A stretch of DNA of 64,000 nucleotides. Source: a virus. The first letter of the stretch is position 1. Each line of letters starts with the position of its first letter. The stretch covers positions 32,001 to 96,000 of the IMG/VR virus record IMGVR_UViG_3300044729_003839. One strand, given 5' to 3'. The position numbers were made by a program, and so were the translations under genes. Under the pieces are notes generated by a model. That model ran no database searches. It was not told the DNA's origin and was given only the letters and a program-made list of their open reading frames with translations. This document shows positions 56,970-64,000 of the stretch, piece after piece.

Positions 56970-59900
56970 GTGGAAAAAATCGCTTTTCAAAACGGCAAAG
57001 TAGTCTCTAGCCAGTATCTGAATAAAGTCCAGGAAGGGACGGAGTTTACCGGGGAGCCCCGCTCTGATTACTATGACGTAGCGACTAGCGGTGAGCAGGA
57101 AGGCTGGGATATTGGCCAGCGCGACGCTATTAAGGATTGGGAGATTGCTAATCCCCGGCTTGAGCCGGAGACCGCCATCGGTCGTCTTGCTCATGACGGT
57201 ATCGTACTTAATGGAAATGAAAACGAACTTTTAGCGGTTGTAGGGTTGCCGTCCACTTTCGCATTCGAGGGTGGCCAAGGTGTAACAATTGAGGCGGGAA
57301 GCTTTATAAACCGGTCGGGGGACGCTGTTTCCTGGCCCAGGCAAAACATCAAGTTGCTGGGTGGCGCGGGAACAGTCTCTTACATTTACCTGCTTGAACA
57401 GCAAGACGCACCTTACACCGTCTCGGTGTCCAGCTCGTTGCCAAGCGTTAACGAAGCGCATATTCCGCTGGCGAAGATCACTCTTGACACGAATGGCGAC
57501 GGCTTGGCCACTGATCCCGACACAGGCGAAGTCTTTGGTACTGGTTACATTGACATCCGCCCACACACCTTCATCTCCGCTCTTAATCCGTACCCGAGAA
57601 ATCTTTCTAACACCCCCATCCAGCGCGACGATTACACTGCGTTAGTCTCGGACAGAGTAATTACAGATACCAGTAACGGCAGCATTATTGTCACGCTTCC
57701 CGAATCTCCCAGCGACAGCGACCGAATCGCGTTAGTCGATATTTCCGGGACGTTCGACCGTTTCCCTTTAATTATTCGCACAAACCCCGTAAGTAACGAA
57801 TTACTCAACGGGTCTCCAGACGACTGGATTGTAAACATCCGAGACGCGCATCTCGAGCTGTTTTACCATGCAGCTACCGAGCAGTGGAAGTTTGAAGAGG
57901 CACCGGGATCAGAGTGCAATCCGGTTCTTGGTACGTTCCTTTCTTGTGGTGGTAAAGAGTTTATTGGCGATAGGACTATTGCCGAGTGCCCGGACGGGGC
58001 CAGATTGCCCACCACATACCCCATTCTTTCCGCAGGAGTATACAGTTTCGAGCCGTCACAAGCCGACCCGACACTTGGCAAGTGCTACAGGCAATATGAC
58101 GAAACAGTGGCATTGTATGCGAATGGTACTGGCGGACTTGTAAACGTCCCTCAAGCCCCCCGATGCAACAGATCTAACGCCTCTTTCACTCCTCTTTCCA
58201 GAAACACAATCCACATCGATCAGACGATCGGCGAAGATTCAATCGATAACAGGGGCTTTGATAAAGATCGTCCGTTCCGCACCATTGAACGTGCGCTGCT
58301 TGAAGGTGTTAGAGAATCCCGTCGCTCCGGCCAGAACAACGACCGGTACGACAAGGTCATGCTGGAAATCGCTCCGGGTGACTATTATGTTGATAATAGT
58401 CCTGGTGTTCTTTCCGGTCTTACGATAAGTGAAGGGACCGGACTCGTTCAAAAAGTAGATACAGGGTTCACAATTTCTAACTCAGTTATCGGAGACAAAG
58501 CCACTACCATTGTGGTAAATGTCGGCAATTCGGTTAACACGCAACCGCCACGCGAGTTGAACTTGGGCCGAGTCCTTTACTCAGAGTCTGGGGGTGTTGG
58601 TAACATCGCTCGGGTGCAAAAACAATCCGGCTCCAGCTCGAACTGGATCATCAGCCTTGAATACGTTAGAGGGACTTTTGAAGTAAACGACAAACTCTTC
58701 TTTGACAATCTGGCTGTTGTCAACCCTCAGACCGGGGGTCTTATCGTTCCCCGGGGAATATCGGTAGACGGGGTCGATCTTCGCAAGGTCCGCATCCGGC
58801 CGATGTACGTTCCGGAACTCAGCCCGGTCCAGAACGACCCGCAGACCGAAAAAACCGCCATATTCAAAGTTACTGGTGGAACCTATGTGTCGTTGATGAC
58901 TTTCACCGACAACTTGCAATACTCGAGAAGCCATAATACCGTCACCGCTATTGAATTTGCTTCGGAGCAAGAGATTATCGGGGGCGGCAGCGAAACATCT
59001 TACTATTCCCGGATTAACTCCCTGTTCAAAGATGTTGATGGGTGGGAAGATGAGTTGCTTGAAGCGATTGCTGCTGAAACCACTATCGTCGCCCCTATCG
59101 CCTCTACAAAGCAGAACCGGTCTCAGGACATTGAGGAGAATCAGACAGGAATTCCTAGTCCCGACTCGGCCAGTAACGCGGCTGTTATGTATCCCGGCGC
59201 CACCAGAATTCGCAACTCGGATGGCGCTATTGTCCCCTTGCCGGACATCAACTCGACCCGATCCAGTTCGCCTTACGTCTTTAACTGCTCGGTTCGGAGT
59301 ATTTTCGGTCTGAACGGCCTCTGGGCGAACGGTTCACGTGTGTCTGGCTTTAAGTCGATGGTCACCGCGAACTTTACCCAAGTCTCGCTTCAGACCGACC
59401 CGAACTGTTACTTAGACAATACGTATTTCCAAGACCCGCCTATTAATAAAACGGACAGCGAAGGCAAGAAATACAAATCCAGCAATGCAGATAAGTTCAA
59501 GTACCGCCACTTTGGAATCAGAGGCAGTAACGATGCCGCGATCCAAATCGTGTCCGTATTCTGTATCGGTAACAGCGATCATTTTATTTCCGAGTCCGGC
59601 GCTGATCTGTCGATTACTAACTCTTGCTCGGACTTTGGTGACATCTCACTTCGAGGTATTGGGTACAAAGCTAAGTCTTTTAGTCAGGATCAAGCCGCCC
59701 CGGAGACTGGATACAGCGGTACCCGGATTACACAGATTGTCCCCCCTTTGCCGCTGCAATACACTCAACTTCCCGACGGTCGTCCCGCCACATTAGAAGA
59801 TATTGAGGTAAGTACTGGTCTTGTTATTGACTATAATAAAACCCTGGCTTATGTGCTGGCAAATAAAACGGGTACGAATGAGGCGCCCGAAACCATCAGA

Positions 59901-62900
59901 ATCTATGTTCAAAACTCGAACATTGCCAGTCCGTTTAGCCTAGAACGTCCTCCTTCCGCCTCTAATATCGCTTTCGGCCAATACAGCTACACCAAAAAAA
60001 TCGGTACGAGTACTTGGGAGTTGTCCGGCGGTCCCAGCAGACCTAACAGAAAACGTATCTATATTAACGGTTTTGATGAAGTCGGCAATTCTATACTGTA
60101 TACTGGCGATCTCCAACTCGCTGCAACCAATTCCCCCGGATTTGGTAATCTAGACGACAGCTCTAAAATATTTGCATGGGACAGCGCACCTATTGATATT
60201 GATCAGGAAACCGGGAATACAGTAACCGGATCTCCAGCCTGGTATATTAATGTAACGACTCAAGGTATCTCTGAAGAAAGTACAGATCAAAACGCCGATG
60301 GATACCTCACCAAACGGTTTAACTACGCTTTTAGGTATAAGCTGATTGACAACCCGACTGGGCAAGATGCCGTCTTCGCCTCCCTGGACTTTATGTTCAA
60401 CCGGTCGGCGGTAAAAATCATCCGCGCTATTGATCAGAGGCGAGCGGATGACCGAGTGTATCGAGTCGTACTCGAAGGATTCGAGCGTCTTCGGGGGATG
60501 AGACGTCCGCAGCCTTATTATGTCCTTGAGAAGCAACCGGGTGTTGCCGGTTTCCCTTTAAATAATTCATCCGAACTTGAGGATAACCCGTTAACCATCA
60601 CGCAAGTACGCACTTATGAAGAGGTGTTTACACCAGGAGCCAGTGTCCAAAACAGTGGAAAATACGTTACATATTTGACGCAAGGTTCCCGCGCTCGCGA
60701 TGTATTTACCGGAGACTTTTACCCGTCTCTGGATAGCGATTATCCCGAGCTTACGGAAGACCCCGTTGAAAGTGCTACTAAGCAGGCTTTGGCCCTAATG
60801 CAGGCAAGAGCTTCTGTGAACTTCAGTGCCCCGCTCCAGGCATCGACCGAACCTATCACGGTCCGTACCTCGGCATCCGCCTCTGTCGGCATCCTGGTCG
60901 GGTTGAGACGTCCGTCCGTCATCCGCGCTTCCGGGCACACCTGGGAATGGACTGGATACCTGAACTACGACACTTCGTTCCCAACATTCCAAGGCGAACC
61001 TTTAGAGCAAGAGTTCATTCTTGGTAAGATTATCACCGAAGAGAATGGTGGCCGAGTATACGCCACCGGTATGAACGAGGAGGGTAACTATTACCTCGGT
61101 ACTACTGTCTTTGACCTTAGGTCGGGCGAGCAGTTCTCGATTCCTTACGCGTCAGAATCTGGAGCCGAAGGCCTTACCAACCAGGTGCTGAACAACGTAA
61201 TCATAAGAAGTACTTTGCTTATGCAAGACGGCTCCAGCCTTATCATGGGGCGGGGTACAAGCCTTTTCTTCAGTAACGATACCCAGTTCAAATCTTTGAC
61301 TACTGGCGATATCATCGCATCGCCAAACCCTCCCCTAGTCTATGCATCACGCGACCGGGCCGGTATTGTACAACTCGCCAAGAAAGAAGATATCAGAGGG
61401 GCGAAGAATCCAGCGTTCCTGGGGATTAGTGACAAAGTCGCTGTTACTGCCTTCGACCTGGCTAACGAACTTGATGCTAGGTTAAATAACAATGTCACTG
61501 GCGGTAGGGGCATTTCTGTTACCCAGGTCAACGTAGAAATCCCGGGCGGAGACCCTAACGATCCTTCAGACGATATAGCCCAGTTCGTTGTAAATTCTGG
61601 TCTGCCAGGTAATACTGATGCCGTAGGATTCTCCAGTCTTTGCATTGGCGAAGACCCCTCTCTAGAGAATAGTACAAAACTTACAAGTCTTAGAACTTCT
61701 AGCCAATCTCTCCCCGTAAGGGACGAAAGTAATGCCTCAGACTCTGCTCTAGTCACAGAGAAAGGGATCGCCAAATGGGCTAAAGATATCCCGGGGTATG
61801 TAAAATCTCAGGGCACAAGCCCCTACATCGTGCTTCACGTCTCCAGGGATACCCCGCTTACCGGGGAAAACTCAGTACCTGGTGGGTACTTTGAGACAAA
61901 TGAAGTATCTTACAGCCCCAATTCTAGTTCGATATTCAGAAGAACAATTTTCTCGACAGTAACAGATGCGCTGGAATTTGCGGCCGGAGCCTACCTCCCC
62001 CTAGGAGCCGAACTTGTAATCAGTGTCCATGACAATATAACTGCTACCGAAGCAGGACCATTAATGGTTGCAAATAGCTGGTCAACTGTTGTTGTAGCTG
62101 GGGCGAGGGGTGCTGTTACAACCCCTAAAATCCGGATTAATATAGATGGCTCTGTACCTTCGGACAACACAAAATTCGCCGGAACCAGGATCCCTCAAGT
62201 CATCGATAGAGCTATATCTGCTGGCATAATTTTTCAAGATCTGACAATTGACATTAACACTAATGAGACAAATGCTGAAAGCACTTATCTAACCCTTAAT
62301 GGGGGGTTTGGGGTAAATACACGGGATACAGTAATTAACTGGTTGAATTGCAGCGGAAGCAGCGCGTCTGGCACAGCTTACTCTCAAGTGCCAGGTAAGT
62401 TCATTAATGCCACGGCCAGTGTGGGCGAAAAAACTCAGATTCGAGTTACACCAGAATTGACTACTTCCGGATCAGATTACAGTATTGTAACCAATCTAGA
62501 AATGGCAAATACCAGCCAAAAGACGTTCGTCGCCTTCTTTGATCAAGCTGGTGGTCTTTTGGGGCAAAACTGCGACATCGTTTTTGATTTCAGACGGGCA
62601 AGTTATGGCGATGGGGGAAATAAAACTCTGGAGTTTAAGTTCACTCACAATAGTTCTGAGCCTTGCTGGGTTAAAATGCTTGGCATGGGCGGCAGAGGAA
62701 ACTGTAGAATTACAAGCCGAATTGCTCCGTTTGTGAAATGGAACTTTGATAACAAAGATTGGAATATGAAATTCTTTTACACAGGATTTTTATCCAATCC
62801 TAATACTTGTGGCTTAGCCTTTAAACCGTTCCCGTATTCAAGCGGGGTTTACAAAATCTCGCAAAGCACGGCTCAGAGTATACTTAGCTCTGGTGCTGCC

Positions 62901-63128
62901 GCAGTTGCCAAGGATTGTATAATCTCCGGATTGGACTCAGCGTCCTTTAATTCCGGCCCGTTCTCTATCTACCAAGAGTTAGCAGGTAAGACGGTTAGTA
63001 CAGTTTCTATCCCCTCCGTTCTTTTGAAAAAAGAAGTTCCTAACTCGTTTAGAATCTCATCCCCTGACGGAACTGAATACGACATCAGTGTAAGTAACGC
63101 TGGTGTTCTGCAAGTAGATCCTGTCTAA
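56970..63128 (+). CDS. Giant tail fibre/baseplate-attached protein (2052 aa, cyanomyovirus-type)
   Basis: gp9/10-like DTSNGSIIVTLPESPS domain; RPFRTIERAL, GGLIVPRG..DLRK.RIRP.YVP, SPYVFNCS.RS, GFKSMV, LRRPS.IRASGHTWE motifs recalled from cyanophage virion proteins. Confidence 0.8.
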   Translation: MEKIAFQNGKVVSSQYLNKVQEGTEFTGEPRSDYYDVATSGEQEGWDIGQRDAIKDWEIANPRLEPETAIGRLAHDGIVLNGNENELLAVVGLPSTFAFEGGQGVTIEAGSFINRSGDAVSWPRQNIKLLGGAGTVSYIYLLEQQDAPYTVSVSSSLPSVNEAHIPLAKITLDTNGDGLATDPDTGEVFGTGYIDIRPHTFISALNPYPRNLSNTPIQRDDYTALVSDRVITDTSNGSIIVTLPESPSDSDRIALVDISGTFDRFPLIIRTNPVSNELLNGSPDDWIVNIRDAHLELFYHAATEQWKFEEAPGSECNPVLGTFLSCGGKEFIGDRTIAECPDGARLPTTYPILSAGVYSFEPSQADPTLGKCYRQYDETVALYANGTGGLVNVPQAPRCNRSNASFTPLSRNTIHIDQTIGEDSIDNRGFDKDRPFRTIERALLEGVRESRRSGQNNDRYDKVMLEIAPGDYYVDNSPGVLSGLTISEGTGLVQKVDTGFTISNSVIGDKATTIVVNVGNSVNTQPPRELNLGRVLYSESGGVGNIARVQKQSGSSSNWIISLEYVRGTFEVNDKLFFDNLAVVNPQTGGLIVPRGISVDGVDLRKVRIRPMYVPELSPVQNDPQTEKTAIFKVTGGTYVSLMTFTDNLQYSRSHNTVTAIEFASEQEIIGGGSETSYYSRINSLFKDVDGWEDELLEAIAAETTIVAPIASTKQNRSQDIEENQTGIPSPDSASNAAVMYPGATRIRNSDGAIVPLPDINSTRSSSPYVFNCSVRSIFGLNGLWANGSRVSGFKSMVTANFTQVSLQTDPNCYLDNTYFQDPPINKTDSEGKKYKSSNADKFKYRHFGIRGSNDAAIQIVSVFCIGNSDHFISESGADLSITNSCSDFGDISLRGIGYKAKSFSQDQAAPETGYSGTRITQIVPPLPLQYTQLPDGRPATLEDIEVSTGLVIDYNKTLAYVLANKTGTNEAPETIRIYVQNSNIASPFSLERPPSASNIAFGQYSYTKKIGTSTWELSGGPSRPNRKRIYINGFDEVGNSILYTGDLQLAATNSPGFGNLDDSSKIFAWDSAPIDIDQETGNTVTGSPAWYINVTTQGISEESTDQNADGYLTKRFNYAFRYKLIDNPTGQDAVFASLDFMFNRSAVKIIRAIDQRRADDRVYRVVLEGFERLRGMRRPQPYYVLEKQPGVAGFPLNNSSELEDNPLTITQVRTYEEVFTPGASVQNSGKYVTYLTQGSRARDVFTGDFYPSLDSDYPELTEDPVESATKQALALMQARASVNFSAPLQASTEPITVRTSASASVGILVGLRRPSVIRASGHTWEWTGYLNYDTSFPTFQGEPLEQEFILGKIITEENGGRVYATGMNEEGNYYLGTTVFDLRSGEQFSIPYASESGAEGLTNQVLNNVIIRSTLLMQDGSSLIMGRGTSLFFSNDTQFKSLTTGDIIASPNPPLVYASRDRAGIVQLAKKEDIRGAKNPAFLGISDKVAVTAFDLANELDARLNNNVTGGRGISVTQVNVEIPGGDPNDPSDDIAQFVVNSGLPGNTDAVGFSSLCIGEDPSLENSTKLTSLRTSSQSLPVRDESNASDSALVTEKGIAKWAKDIPGYVKSQGTSPYIVLHVSRDTPLTGENSVPGGYFETNEVSYSPNSSSIFRRTIFSTVTDALEFAAGAYLPLGAELVISVHDNITATEAGPLMVANSWSTVVVAGARGAVTTPKIRINIDGSVPSDNTKFAGTRIPQVIDRAISAGIIFQDLTIDINTNETNAESTYLTLNGGFGVNTRDTVINWLNCSGSSASGTAYSQVPGKFINATASVGEKTQIRVTPELTTSGSDYSIVTNLEMANTSQKTFVAFFDQAGGLLGQNCDIVFDFRRASYGDGGNKTLEFKFTHNSSEPCWVKMLGMGGRGNCRITSRIAPFVKWNFDNKDWNMKFFYTGFLSNPNTCGLAFKPFPYSSGVYKISQSTAQSILSSGAAAVAKDCIISGLDSASFNSGPFSIYQELAGKTVSTVSIPSVLLKKEVPNSFRISSPDGTEYDISVSNAGVLQVDPV

Positions 63129-63406
63129 TGGCAAGAGCTAAACCCCCTCGCTGGTGGGGCAAATTCACCTCCTCCTTGCCCAAGTTTCGTTTGCCTTTTC
63201 TCGAACCGAGGGTATGGACGCGGGAACTCGCCCAGGCCTGGGTAGACCGAATCCCGCCCAAATGCCCGTTTGAGAGGGCGGTGTGGTGGCGCGGTCGCCT
63301 TGTGCTCTACATCCCCCCTTTGTGTCCCCTTAACCCATGTTCGACCCAGCTTTACGCGATACGCCTCAAAGCGCAAGAATTTCTGTCAGCAAATCCTGAC
63401 ATTTGA
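63128..63406 (+). CDS. Mo-dependent nitrogenase C-terminal domain (Mo-nitro_C)-like protein
   Basis: IPPKCPFER......LYIPPLCPLNP...QL..IR.KA..FL matches this cyanobacterial family motif. Confidence 0.8.
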   Translation: MARAKPPRWWGKFTSSLPKFRLPFLEPRVWTRELAQAWVDRIPPKCPFERAVWWRGRLVLYIPPLCPLNPCSTQLYAIRLKAQEFLSANPDI

Positions 63407-63493
63407 ATTCGCGCCCCCCTCAAGCGCGGTGTATAGTAAAAACATGACGAGGGGAATTTCTCCCTCTCGTCCAAATCCAAAGGACCAAATCGT

Positions 63494-64000
63494 ATGACCA
63501 CGGCTACAACTTTTACCGTCAACGTGATCGAGGTGGGGACCTCAAGCCCCGATCTCGCCCCGCTCGCAGGACGTGAGTACTCTAAGCAGTACACAGCTCT
63601 GCCTAACGCGAATCTGCCCAAGGCGATGCGTCTCGCGCTGGACAAAGTGTTTACCGCTTTGACTGGCGAAGAACTCCCTCTCGAAGAGAACACCTTCCTC
63701 ATCAAGGCAGAAGACGGTGTTTACAATCGCCTTTTCGGACCCATTCTCAAGGCAGGGAATGACGAGGTCGAAGGTACTTCCACCGGCTCGTTCACCATTC
63801 AATGGGGCAATCGCTACATCCCTGTCACTCTGGGCAAGGAGGGCTTAGGCGTAGAAATTAACGGCCAAGCTGTAACGCTTGAGGCTGAATTCGCTGGATT
63901 CAACTTCTCCGGCCGTGGACCCGACGCTTGCCTGATGGTGTCTGTTGACGAAGAGGATGGCTCGGGTCAAACCGCCATGCCCATCGCGGTTCGGTTCATC
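63494..64000 (+). CDS. Hypothetical protein, N-terminal part (runs off the window)
   Basis: Not in track. Open frame MTTATTFTVNVIEVG...AMPIAVRFI with AAGGA RBS; no late box upstream. Confidence 0.75.
   Translation, partial: MTTATTFTVNVIEVGTSSPDLAPLAGREYSKQYTALPNANLPKAMRLALDKVFTALTGEELPLEENTFLIKAEDGVYNRLFGPILKAGNDEVEGTSTGSFTIQWGNRYIPVTLGKEGLGVEINGQAVTLEAEFAGFNFSGRGPDACLMVSVDEEDGSGQTAMPIAVRFI

Noticed and set aside
49869-60773. Intragenic near-matches to the late box (about 49870 minus strand, about 60765 plus strand)
   Set aside because: Deep inside genes, pyrimidine at +6 and no nearby start; likely chance.
63128-63406. Nitrogen-fixation auxiliary gene
   Set aside because: The domain name is historical; the 92-aa protein has no NifH/D/K features and no nif context.
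1-64000. tRNA/rRNA genes, integrase, transposase or alternative genetic code
   Set aside because: Intergenic gaps are short and show no cloverleaf; no recombinase motifs seen; long ORFs tile the window in the standard code with all three stops used.

Overview
The whole 64 kb window is phage DNA: the virion-morphogenesis region of a large contractile-tailed phage. The host is most likely a cyanobacterium, judging from cyanomyovirus-type fibre proteins, phoH and a cyanobacteria-typical Mo-nitrogenase-C-terminal-domain protein. It encodes a Mu-like prohead protease (partial), DUF935-type portal, terminase large subunit, sheath, tube, chaperones, baseplate J/I/spike/hub-lysin and many fibre-like proteins, scattered over both strands. 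It also carries phoH, a dNMP-kinase-like gene, a thioredoxin and a sigma factor. The strongest unannotated signal is a 9-bp motif, consensus GTTGAAAGC, found 24 times in correct orientation upstream of morphogenesis-region genes. In 23 of 24 copies it is followed by 5 nt and then a purine. I infer it is a single-box late promoter read by the phage sigma factor, which has a degenerate region 4 and itself lies behind a host-type TTGCCA-N18-TAAAAT promoter. Other notable items: a GC-rich fibre cassette with 78-bp LRR repeats whose coding changes concentrate at five codons, a structured terminator-ended RNA ahead of phoH, a circularly permuted M23 peptidase in a triple-lysin hub protein, and unusually Cys-rich virion proteins. 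All family calls are by eye from motifs; no database searches were run.
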